A DNA stretch of 53,582 nucleotides from a virus (Duplodnaviria > Caudoviricetes): the IMG/VR virus record IMGVR_UViG_3300036770_002010, positions 1-53,582 of that record. One strand, 5' to 3'. Positions 39,238 to 47,701 of this stretch are shown here, in pieces. Each line of letters begins with the position of its first letter. Position 1 is the first letter of the stretch. A model generated the notes under the pieces. The model did no database searches. It saw nothing but the letters and a program-made list of their open reading frames with translations, and was not told where the DNA came from. The position numbers and the translations under genes are program-made.

Positions 39238-39432
39238 ATGAATAACAGAACAAAGATTACTAATGATAAATTCTCTATAAGAATTTGTCAAATAGCTTCT
39301 AATTATGGATTTAAGAATATTGGTAGTTTCCATAAATTCTTAAAGCAATGTAGTCCTAATGCTAAATTAGGATTAGAAATGGGTCACATAAGAGTGGCTA
39401 ATATCCTCAAAGAAGTTGAGGAATGTTTTTAA
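39238..39432 (+). CDS. Hypothetical protein
   Basis: 64-aa ORF with A-rich leader. Confidence 0.55.
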   Translation: MNNRTKITNDKFSIRICQIASNYGFKNIGSFHKFLKQCSPNAKLGLEMGHIRVANILKEVEECF

Positions 39433-39617
39433 ATAAAAAACTCAATAACAATCAAAGTTATTGGAGACATTAGTTTCTTTATAATACATTAAGACGAAGT
39501 TAGTATGATAGACGAAATCACAATTAAGTGCTACAGTTTAGTAAAAATATCATATAACTAGTGCGTAAGCATTGGGTTAAGCAGTTAAGTAAAAATTAAT
39601 GTATTGTAAAGTTTTAA

Positions 39618-39851
39618 ATGTCTTATTTTATACTAAATAAAAACCTATATATATATATGACAGATAAAGTTTGGGGATTAAAATCTAGTGCTATAACATC
39701 TAAGAATGATATAGCATATCATGGTTCTACTATTAAAGTAGAACATACTTGTATTAGAGGAAAACTATTTACTTACTATCAATTAGTTGATAATAATTGG
39801 ATAGAAATTACTGAAGAAGAACTTAGAGTATTATTAAACCAAAACTTATAA
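39618..39851 (+). CDS. Hypothetical protein (start may be MTDKVW)
   Basis: ORF coupled to the next gene. Confidence 0.5.
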   Translation: MSYFILNKNLYIYMTDKVWGLKSSAITSKNDIAYHGSTIKVEHTCIRGKLFTYYQLVDNNWIEITEEELRVLLNQNL

Positions 39852-39855
39852 TATT

Positions 39856-40095
39856 ATGACAAAAGAAAAGATTTACTGGAAAATGCGTAATGGTAATTTA
39901 ATAGACATAGATGATATGGATATTGAACACTTACGCAATACGCTAAAACTTGTGTTAAGAAATAGAGAAACAGTTATTAAAAGAATTGTTGAAGCTAAAT
40001 CTAAACGTAAGTTTAAATTACAAGGGGATATGGCTAATGAGTTTAACAAAAGCCAATATGAGAATGACGAATACGATGAATCATTAATGCACTAA
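39856..40095 (+). CDS. Conserved small phage protein
   Basis: W....G..I.I.DM...HL.N motif common in phages. Confidence 0.65.
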   Translation: MTKEKIYWKMRNGNLIDIDDMDIEHLRNTLKLVLRNRETVIKRIVEAKSKRKFKLQGDMANEFNKSQYENDEYDESLMH

Positions 40096-40097
40096 TT

Positions 40098-40907
40098 ATG
40101 AGAAAGAAAGTAATTGATTATGTACCAGAAAATAAGAGTTTACCTCTTATAGTTGGTATATTAACAGTTACTGCTTTCATTCTAGGAGTTAAGTATTCTA
40201 ATAATGGAATGTACTATGAACAATCAGTAGTACCAGAGACTAAGTTTTTCACTATATTTGAAACTAAAATTGATACAGTTTTTGTAGAGAAAAAAGTTAC
40301 AGAAGCAGTTATTAATGAAGATGCTTATGGTGATAGAAATTATGGTCACAGTATTAGAGGACTTAACTTAAAAGAGTTAAGGCAGAAACTAACAAACATG
40401 GGATTTAAACACTTAAATAATATAGATTTATTTAAGATGCGTAGAATATGGTTGTTATACAACTATGATGATATGCTAATGAATGTCCATGTACTTACTG
40501 ATTTTCCTGTTAGTATGATTTATAGCTTCTTTATTATAGAAGCTACTACAGCAGGAATAGAAACTGACTTATGGCGATTACATGCTAATGCTGGAGGTGT
40601 TAAAGCACTCAAAGGTCATAATCATGTAACGTATCGTACTCGAGAGGTGATTAGAGGTAGAAACAAATACATCAAAGCTAAATTCTTTAGTAGTAAGAGT
40701 ACTAAAGATGGCATTAAATTGTGGTCTGGAGTATTAAACTCTGATAGATACAAGAAATGCAAAATATATGATGTCAAACCTCCACAACTTTACAAGAAAA
40801 TCTGTAAGTGTATCTACAAGAGTGGATATCATACAGATACAGACTACGAATTTAGAGCTTCACTAATGTCAGAATATTGGGACTTAAAGAAACATTTACC
40901 TGAATGA
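40098..40907 (+). CDS. Membrane-anchored GH73/glucosaminidase-like peptidoglycan hydrolase
   Basis: N-terminal TM helix; IIEA, N.GGVK, T.E, RY and GYHTD..Y motifs. Confidence 0.65.
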   Translation: MRKKVIDYVPENKSLPLIVGILTVTAFILGVKYSNNGMYYEQSVVPETKFFTIFETKIDTVFVEKKVTEAVINEDAYGDRNYGHSIRGLNLKELRQKLTNMGFKHLNNIDLFKMRRIWLLYNYDDMLMNVHVLTDFPVSMIYSFFIIEATTAGIETDLWRLHANAGGVKALKGHNHVTYRTREVIRGRNKYIKAKFFSSKSTKDGIKLWSGVLNSDRYKKCKIYDVKPPQLYKKICKCIYKSGYHTDTDYEFRASLMSEYWDLKKHLPE

Positions 40908-41362
40908 AATCAGAAATGTTTAAAGTAAATGTAGTATCTTTATGTTATAAGCAGAAATACGATACTACAGATTATCCAATAATCAATAACAGTAAAACAG
41001 CAGCTGATATATTCTTTGAATCATGGGATAAAGATACTATAGCACTTGAAGAACAACTAAAAGTGTTATATCTTAATCGTAGAAATCAAGTTATTGGCTT
41101 ATATACTGTTAGCGTTGGTGGAGTTGCGGGAACTGTTGTGTGCAATAAGAAAATACTTGCATGTGGACTTAAAATAGTTGCATCGGGAATGATTATTGCA
41201 CACAATCATCCTTCAGGAAATAAACAACTATCAGAACAAGATAGAATAATTACTAAAAGTTTAAAAGAATGTGGTAAAATAATGGATATAAAATTATTAG
41301 ACCATATTATTTTGTTACCTAATGGTAATTTTGTATCTTTCGCTGATAATGCGGAATTTTAG
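40904..41362 (+). CDS. radC: RadC-like JAB/MPN domain protein
   Basis: E...V.YLNRRN, IIAHNHPSGN...S..D...T, LLDHII. Confidence 0.9.
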   Translation: MKSEMFKVNVVSLCYKQKYDTTDYPIINNSKTAADIFFESWDKDTIALEEQLKVLYLNRRNQVIGLYTVSVGGVAGTVVCNKKILACGLKIVASGMIIAHNHPSGNKQLSEQDRIITKSLKECGKIMDIKLLDHIILLPNGNFVSFADNAEF

Positions 41363-41434
41363 ATTTGTTATGATTACAATTAATTATGGTTAGGGTAAGT
41401 TAAGTGCTTACCCTAATGTTTAAACCACTAAATT

Positions 41435-41701
41435 ATGCTAAAAAGTAAAAAAGAAATAGAAAATTACGAAGAAAAAGCAAAATTTCTTCAAGAAAATGGT
41501 TGGGAAACTTGGTACAATGATGATAATTGGATAAAAACAGAATGGCTCGAACAAGATAAATCTGTCGATAGAATGGGAGATTCAACAGATAGAATTTATG
41601 CATGGTTAATGAAAAAACAAAATCAAGAAACACCATTAGAAAACAAAGAGGTATTTAATGCGTTAAAAATATATGAATCTTTAAAAAATTTAGAACTTTA
41701 A
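41435..41701 (+). CDS. Hypothetical protein
   Basis: 88-aa ORF. Confidence 0.6.
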   Translation: MLKSKKEIENYEEKAKFLQENGWETWYNDDNWIKTEWLEQDKSVDRMGDSTDRIYAWLMKKQNQETPLENKEVFNALKIYESLKNLEL

Positions 41702-41711
41702 AACTCAAACA

Positions 41712-41798
41712 ATGAAATGTCCAAAATGTGGTTCTAATGATTATTATTTTGATGGTTTATGTTTTGTATGCACTGAATGTGGTTATTATACAAAATAA
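41712..41798 (+). CDS. 28-aa zinc-ribbon peptide (not in ORF track)
   Basis: MKCPKCGSNDYYFDGLCFVCTECGYYTK. Confidence 0.6.
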   Translation: MKCPKCGSNDYYFDGLCFVCTECGYYTK

Positions 41799-41806
41799 AA
41801 CAATCT

Positions 41807-41927
41807 AGCAAGGTGGCGGAATTGGTAGACGCTATTATCTGAAAGGCTGAATGCGAGTAACTTCGATGTTACATAGACCTTGGTAGGTAGGAACAGCCAC
41901 ATGTGAGTTCGAATCTCACTCTTGCTA
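41807..41927 (+). tRNA. tRNA-like RNA (Leu-type D arm) without a canonical anticodon arm, 121 nt
   Basis: Acceptor AGCAAGG/TCTTGCT, D arm GCG-GAATTGGTAGA-CGC, T arm GTGAG-TTCGAAT-CTCAC. Confidence 0.7.
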
Positions 41928-42005
41928 CTTTACAAAAGGCAGACGTTAAACTAGAGTGAAATAGATGGTGGTTATATTTCTAAAGTCTGTATTGTACCAC
42001 TAAAT

Positions 42006-42127
42006 AGTCAAGTAGCTCAGTGGGTTAGAGCAACTGGTGACGACGGTTCGAGTCCGTTCCATACGAAAGTATGAGGTGTGTAGGGTATCAAGCGAGTGTG
42101 TCATAGGTTCGAATCCTATCTTGACTA
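42006..42127 (+). tRNA. tRNA-like RNA with a 55-nt anticodon-loop insert, 122 nt
   Basis: Acceptor AGTCAAG/CTTGACT, D arm GCTC/GAGC, stem ACTGG/CGAGT, T arm ATAGG-TTCGAAT-CCTAT. Confidence 0.72.
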
Positions 42128-42129
42128 TC

Positions 42130-42322
42130 TTACTGATTAATCATCAGATAGTATGCCCAATATGAGAGAAAACAGAGTGATTACTGTATGGGAACGTACA
42201 TTGACGTATAGGAAGAACGTCAGAGGATGTCACCTCGACCTCGTTAGGACGAAATGACTATTCCTAACCTAGAAATAGGGACAGCCATAACACTTGTAAG
42301 TTGGATAAATTAGAGTGTTATT
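42130..42322 (+). ncRNA. Candidate structured ncRNA
   Basis: ORF-free, GC-richer, consecutive short hairpins. Confidence 0.4.
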
Positions 42323-42350
42323 TTATTATTAATCATTAAACAATATTCAG

Positions 42351-42632
42351 ATGTTACAAAAAGTTATTATTTCTTTAGTTATCCTATTTAGTTTATCAGT
42401 TAATGTTCACTATTATCTTAAAGAAAGAGATAGAGAAATAGAATTAACAAATTACACAGATTATAATGTATTATCCGACAAGAATGGACAAGTAATGGGA
42501 TTACTACAACTACAAACAGTTGCAGAACCTGTAGTAGGAGACAGTATCATTATATTTACTGAAGATAAAGAATACTATCTTACAGTAAATGATATGAAAG
42601 TGTTTAATAATTTATTAGTAGGCAACGAGTAG
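42351..42632 (+). CDS. Small membrane-anchored protein
   Basis: N-terminal hydrophobic helix. Confidence 0.6.
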   Translation: MLQKVIISLVILFSLSVNVHYYLKERDREIELTNYTDYNVLSDKNGQVMGLLQLQTVAEPVVGDSIIIFTEDKEYYLTVNDMKVFNNLLVGNE

Positions 42633-42639
42633 TATTTAT

Positions 42640-42681
42640 TAGAGAGAATGGTTAATTCAAGTTCGATTCTTGACTCTCTAC
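42640..42681 (+). ncRNA. tRNA minihelix-like element
   Basis: TAGAGAG/CTCTCTA stem stacked on T arm TCAAG-TTCGATT-CTTGA. Confidence 0.5.
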
Positions 42682-42703
42682 AATTCATAAGGTTTTGGTT
42701 TTC

Positions 42704-42740
42704 AGAAAGGGTAAATGTAAAAGTTTACTCTTTCTTTTTT
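42704..42740 (+). terminator. Intrinsic terminator
   Basis: AGAAAGGGTAAA/TTTACTCTTTCT stem then T-tract. Confidence 0.65.
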
Positions 42741-42776
42741 ATATACCAAAACAAAGAGTAACCAAAATCAGTTATT

Positions 42777-43058
42777 ATGAAAGCATGGACTTTAGAACAG
42801 GAAGCTGTAATTCTTCAAACAGTAAAAGAGTATCCTAATGTATGGGAAGCACTTGATAAAAGCGCTTTGATACTAAATAGAACTCCTGCAGCAGTAAGAA
42901 ATCGTTATTATAATCATCTTAGACGAGCTAGAGTTACTAGAAAATCTCAAGAGAAATGTATAGTAATTGACAAAAATACTGTATCATCTTACAAGAAGGA
43001 ATATAAACAGCAGGAAGATGTGACGATTATAATTCTACACATCAGAGGAAAGAGATAG
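42777..43058 (+). CDS. Myb/homeodomain-like HTH protein
   Basis: WT.EQE..IL.......LNRTPAAVRNRYY. Confidence 0.65.
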   Translation: MKAWTLEQEAVILQTVKEYPNVWEALDKSALILNRTPAAVRNRYYNHLRRARVTRKSQEKCIVIDKNTVSSYKKEYKQQEDVTIIILHIRGKR

Positions 43059-43146
43059 ATGTAGTGCGTTTTTAGTGTGTACAAGGGAGTAACTGAAATA
43101 TGTTGCTCCTTTCATTATTAATTACTATATTGCATCAAAAAAAGTC

Positions 43147-43302
43147 ATGAAGAAAATTATTTGTACCGCTTGTGATGGTACTGGCAGTATTAAGACACAT
43201 ACGAAGGTGATAGTATGTCCACAATGTGAGGGAGTTGGTTTAGAAATACAAGCTAAACCTAAGTTCAAGAGTAAATTACAGAAACCAAAGAAAGATGAGT
43301 AG
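43147..43302 (+). CDS. 51-aa DnaJ-type zinc-finger protein (not in ORF track)
   Basis: CTACDGTG and CPQCEGVG (two CxxCxGxG motifs); overlaps the polB start. Confidence 0.7.
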   Translation: MKKIICTACDGTGSIKTHTKVIVCPQCEGVGLEIQAKPKFKSKLQKPKKDE

Positions 43303-45136
43303 AAAAGTTTATGTTTATGATTTAGAAACTCTTCCAGATTTATTTACTGCTACATTTTTAGATAGAGATTCTGATGAAACAGTAGTTTTTCACTCAAATC
43401 AAGATGATTATATTAAGAATATGCTTTCATTCCTAAACACAAGAGTTCAAGGATTGATAGGATATAATTGTATAGCATTTGATGGACAAATCATTCAAGA
43501 TATATATCTCGGTATATGCAAAACTCCAAGAGAGATATGGCATAGAGCTGATTTCCATATTAAGAATGAGAGAAATCACTATTATACTCTATTTATTAAA
43601 CATTTAGATTTGTATCTTGTAAATCATTACAACAACAAGAATAGAAGAACAAGTCTAAAGTGGTGTGAGTTTGGAATGAGAATGATTAATATTGAAGATA
43701 TGCCTGTAACAACAGATGTAAATGCAATATTAAGCTATAATCTAAATGACTGTATAGCAACAAAGAAATTGTACCAGCTATGCAAACCTCAAATAGAGTT
43801 ACGAAAAGAGTTAACAGTTAGTTATGGTATAGATTTTATGAACTCATCTGATTCTAGTATAGGTTCTGAGTTATTGTTAGAGTTATTTTGTAAGTTTACT
43901 GGTAATAATAAAAGAAGTATTAGTAAGTTACGAACTCCAAGACATCGTATTGAGATTAAAGACATTATATTTCCATACATTGCATTTGAATGCAAGGAAT
44001 TTAACGAAGCATTGAATATATTTAAGGAAGGTTATGTAATTCCTGGTAATGATACACCATTATTTGATGTAAATTACAATAACATTAAATATACTTTTGC
44101 TGCTGGTGGTATTCATGGTTCAATATTAAAGACTACAATCAAAGCTGATGATGATTATATCATTATGGATTGTGATGTAGCATCAATGTATCCTAGTATA
44201 ATGATTAGTAATAATTTATATCCTGAACATCTTGATGAATCTTTTATCAATATACTACGAGATAACATAGTAAGTGTTAGATTGTTAGAGAAAAAGAAAC
44301 CAAAGAAAGAACAGAATAAAGTTATCATTGATGGATATAAATTAGCCGCCAACGCTACTTTTGGAAAAACGATGGACCAATATTCATGGATGTATGACCC
44401 AATAGTTACGTTTACAGTTACTATTAATGGACAGTTAATGTTAGCTATGTTAGTTGAAAGACTAAGTGCTATTAGTACAATCATTCAAGCTAATACAGAT
44501 GGTGTTACTGTTAAGTTGCATCGTAGTGCAATAGATGAATATTACAGAATATGTAAAGAGTGGGAAGCATTAACTAAGTTAGAGTTAGAGTATGTAGAAT
44601 ACAAATCTTTCTTTATTAGAGATGTCAATAACTATATATCAGTAACTACTAATGATGATGTTAAGTATAAAGGTACATTTGAATACAAGAATATACCACT
44701 ACACAAAAACTCATCACAATCTATTGTACCTATGGCTGTAAGTCAATACTTAATTCATGGAATACCAGTAGAAGAAACTATTACTAAACATACAGATATA
44801 TTTGATTTCTGTATTGGAGTAAGAGCTAAATCTAATTCATGGTATGAATTGAGAGGTGTTAAGTCTAGGTATATTCATGATAGAAAACTATCTAAAACTG
44901 TAAGATTCTTTATATCTACTAATGGTAGTGTAATGATGAAACATTATAGTGATGGTAAAGTAGCTCATGTAAATGCACCATTAAGAAGTGGCAATAAATT
45001 CAAATACAGATTAGTTACTATTTTCAATCATTATTATGATAGCGATGACTATAAGATTGATTATAGTTATTACATTCATGAGTGTAAAAAGTTAATACAA
45101 TCTGTATCAGTAAGTAGTGAATTAACATTATTTTAA
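43295..45136 (+). CDS. polB: Family B DNA polymerase
   Basis: Exonuclease YDLET, GYN...FD, YNLND; polymerase DVASMYPS, K..AN..FGK, NTDG. Confidence 0.93.
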   Translation: MSRKVYVYDLETLPDLFTATFLDRDSDETVVFHSNQDDYIKNMLSFLNTRVQGLIGYNCIAFDGQIIQDIYLGICKTPREIWHRADFHIKNERNHYYTLFIKHLDLYLVNHYNNKNRRTSLKWCEFGMRMINIEDMPVTTDVNAILSYNLNDCIATKKLYQLCKPQIELRKELTVSYGIDFMNSSDSSIGSELLLELFCKFTGNNKRSISKLRTPRHRIEIKDIIFPYIAFECKEFNEALNIFKEGYVIPGNDTPLFDVNYNNIKYTFAAGGIHGSILKTTIKADDDYIIMDCDVASMYPSIMISNNLYPEHLDESFINILRDNIVSVRLLEKKKPKKEQNKVIIDGYKLAANATFGKTMDQYSWMYDPIVTFTVTINGQLMLAMLVERLSAISTIIQANTDGVTVKLHRSAIDEYYRICKEWEALTKLELEYVEYKSFFIRDVNNYISVTTNDDVKYKGTFEYKNIPLHKNSSQSIVPMAVSQYLIHGIPVEETITKHTDIFDFCIGVRAKSNSWYELRGVKSRYIHDRKLSKTVRFFISTNGSVMMKHYSDGKVAHVNAPLRSGNKFKYRLVTIFNHYYDSDDYKIDYSYYIHECKKLIQSVSVSSELTLF

Positions 45137-45149
45137 ACAAACAAAACGA

Positions 45150-45308
45150 ATGGCAGAAAAAACTAGGTATGAGATGAAAGATGCTCAAACAACAACTCGC
45201 ATCATTATTACTACAGACACAGTAGATGATGCTGTATTGCGACTGAAGGAATTAGGTATTACTATTGACCCTCAGTTGTTAAAGATTAGTAAATTTGGTA
45301 AAAACTAA
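45150..45308 (+). CDS. 52-aa hypothetical protein (not in ORF track)
   Basis: MAEKTRYEMKDAQ...SKFGKN fills the gap after polB. Confidence 0.55.
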   Translation: MAEKTRYEMKDAQTTTRIIITTDTVDDAVLRLKELGITIDPQLLKISKFGKN

Positions 45309-45312
45309 AAAC

Positions 45313-45765
45313 ATGAAAGAACTAAAAGATTATTTTGTATCTCATTCACAAGCTGAAAGTCTTAAAGAGTTAGGATTTAAAGATGAATGCTTAGCATGGT
45401 ACAGAGAGAATGGTGATTTTAATACCAATCTAGCTTACAGAAACATTTCTACAGGTGCGCCATTAATTGCTCAAGCGTATGATTGGTTATATGCTGAAAT
45501 AGGTACACTTAGTAGTAGTATAGATGATGGTATTGAGAAACTTAGATTACTAAAAAAGAAAATACAGTTTACTATTAATCTAACATTTGAAGTCTATCAA
45601 GCTGATAAAACTTATGAAGATGGTGAATATCTAATCATTAAAGAAGATGATAATTATCCTATATCAGTTATCATAGCTTATGGACAAATTTGTATGAATA
45701 ATGGTATTAGTTTTGATGATGAAGATATTGCTTATATCTCACCTTCATTTGAAGTATTCAGATGA
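45313..45765 (+). CDS. Hypothetical phage protein
   Basis: FVS..QA..LKELGF...C, APL..QA.DW motif; ATG at 45313. Confidence 0.65.
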   Translation: MKELKDYFVSHSQAESLKELGFKDECLAWYRENGDFNTNLAYRNISTGAPLIAQAYDWLYAEIGTLSSSIDDGIEKLRLLKKKIQFTINLTFEVYQADKTYEDGEYLIIKEDDNYPISVIIAYGQICMNNGISFDDEDIAYISPSFEVFR

Positions 45766-47150
45766 ATAGATTAGAGAAACTAAATTCTCTGCAACAGGAG
45801 TTTTTAATGATATGGAAAGAACATAACTACTGTGGTACAATGCTTGTAGCTACAGGATTTGGTAAATCTTTTCTATCATTAAAAGCTATCTTGTTGTTAT
45901 TAGAGGATGGTAAAATCAACAAAGGAGATACAGTATGGATATTAGCAGAAACTACAGCTCGTAAACATACTTACTGGACTGATGAACTACCAAAGTTCAA
46001 AGAGATTACAGGAAGCGATATCTTATCATTGGTTGATTTTCAGTTTCATTGCTATCAATCAAAGCCTAAAGGAACTCCTAAATTCATTATCTATGATGAA
46101 GTAGAAGAATGTATTAGTGATAAGTATCAAGAAGTATTAAAGATAGATTGCTATAAGTTAGGTCTATCAGCTACAGTTCCTGAAGTACTATCTGTATATC
46201 GTAATAGGATTCCTGAAGGTTTAATGAATAAGATTAAACAAGCAGATAAATTTACTAGAGATAAGATAATTACAGACTTTATCAACAAAGGACAATTACT
46301 AGAGATATACTGTCCTATTATTGTAGAATATGATATTGACCAAGGAATAGCTGATAATATATTATCACCCTACGAAACATGGGTAATAGACCATAGACTA
46401 GATAATACGAATAAGTATCTACCTTTGTTCAAGAAAACTCCACGATTAGTTACAGAACAAGAATACTATAATGTACGTAGTACTATGATTAAGAATCCTA
46501 GACATCCTGTTATACTCAAGAAAGCAATGAGTAAACAGTTAGTATCATTATTGTATGACTTGCGTAGTAAGAAAGTAATAGCTAGACAGTTATTAAATAC
46601 AGTTAGAGAATCTACAACTCGAGGAATGGTATGTAGTGTACAACTAGACCCTATTCGTAGTCTTGTAGATGAAATAGCTGAAGATACTATTAAGTATTAT
46701 GTAACTCCTAATGGTGGTAGCAAAGAATTAATTACAGATACTGATAAAGTTAAAGAGATATTATGTAGTGGTAGAAAACTACTAAAAACAGGTGATTATT
46801 TGGGTGGTAATCTCGAAGTTGTTAAACGAAGTGTCGAAGATATCCTAGTTGATCCCCCGCAAATCTTAGGAACATCTAAGAAACTTAAACGAGGGGTTAC
46901 TATCCCAAATCTTCACCATTTACTAATGTTTTCTTATTATACTAGCTATCATCATCTAATGCAATACATTGGTAGGATAGTTAGATATGAAGAAGGAAAA
47001 GTAGGTAAAGTATTTATCTTTAGAACTATGAATACTTACGAGGAAAACTGGTTTGATAAGATGAATAAAATCTATGACAAAAATCTTAATCAGATAGATG
47101 AAATAGATTTAAGAATTAAAGGATATATATCATCATCAAATTTTAAGTAA
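45762..47150 (+). CDS. Superfamily 2 helicase
   Basis: ATGFGKS, IIYDEVE, LGLSAT, GV.IP, Q.IGR..R. Confidence 0.88.
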   Translation: MNRLEKLNSLQQEFLMIWKEHNYCGTMLVATGFGKSFLSLKAILLLLEDGKINKGDTVWILAETTARKHTYWTDELPKFKEITGSDILSLVDFQFHCYQSKPKGTPKFIIYDEVEECISDKYQEVLKIDCYKLGLSATVPEVLSVYRNRIPEGLMNKIKQADKFTRDKIITDFINKGQLLEIYCPIIVEYDIDQGIADNILSPYETWVIDHRLDNTNKYLPLFKKTPRLVTEQEYYNVRSTMIKNPRHPVILKKAMSKQLVSLLYDLRSKKVIARQLLNTVRESTTRGMVCSVQLDPIRSLVDEIAEDTIKYYVTPNGGSKELITDTDKVKEILCSGRKLLKTGDYLGGNLEVVKRSVEDILVDPPQILGTSKKLKRGVTIPNLHHLLMFSYYTSYHHLMQYIGRIVRYEEGKVGKVFIFRTMNTYEENWFDKMNKIYDKNLNQIDEIDLRIKGYISSSNFK

Positions 47151-47701
47151 TGGTTAACCAACAATTTAATATAGCAGATGTTGATGATAAACTAGTGATG
47201 TTGTTACTCTTTTGTATAGAGAATAATATTAATCTGTTTAAATACTGTGGAATAAGTTCAGAAAAAGAAATTATTGTTACAGATGAATTAGAAATATTAC
47301 GTATCTTTAAACTCTGGTCTGATAAAAAATTAATATATTTATCTCCAGATGGTACATGGCAACTCAATGTAACTACTATACAAGATAATGTTCCTGATAA
47401 AGACTTAATAACTAGTATCAGAGAATATTGGTCTGCAAAACATATTGGTATAGCTGGTAAATCCTCTAACAATAATGATGTAAGACGTGCATTGGAGTTA
47501 TTTAATGATAGTACAGTAGTATCATGGAGTGATAAAGAGATTATTACAGCTTGTAAGAAATATGTAGATATGTGTATGGCTACTAATAGATTCTTAAAAG
47601 ATTGTGATAATTTTATCTATGATAATACTGGTAAATCTATGCTATTAACTATGCTAGAAGATAGTACAACCTCTAAAGAAGAATACGATAATGTTATTTA
47701 A
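47150..47701 (+). CDS. Putative replication initiator/helicase-loader-like protein
   Basis: Directly upstream of DnaB; helical C-terminal domain (I..AC..YV...FLK...NFI). Confidence 0.45.
   Translation: MVNQQFNIADVDDKLVMLLLFCIENNINLFKYCGISSEKEIIVTDELEILRIFKLWSDKKLIYLSPDGTWQLNVTTIQDNVPDKDLITSIREYWSAKHIGIAGKSSNNNDVRRALELFNDSTVVSWSDKEIITACKKYVDMCMATNRFLKDCDNFIYDNTGKSMLLTMLEDSTTSKEEYDNVI

Larger units (their letters stand above)
38183..39480 (+). repeat. Three copies of AATAAAAAA-[hairpin]-GACAYYAGTTTCTTT
   Basis: Copies at about 38183-38233, 39023-39060 and 39431-39480. Confidence 0.75.

Noticed and set aside
41807-42127. Calling standard tRNAs with assigned anticodons
   Set aside because: No 5-bp stem with a 7-nt loop can be formed; the CTGAAAG loop-like string in element 1 lacks a flanking stem
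19801-45136. Introns or inteins in MCP, TerL or PolB
   Set aside because: ORFs are continuous, of ordinary size, with no intein or homing endonuclease motifs noticed
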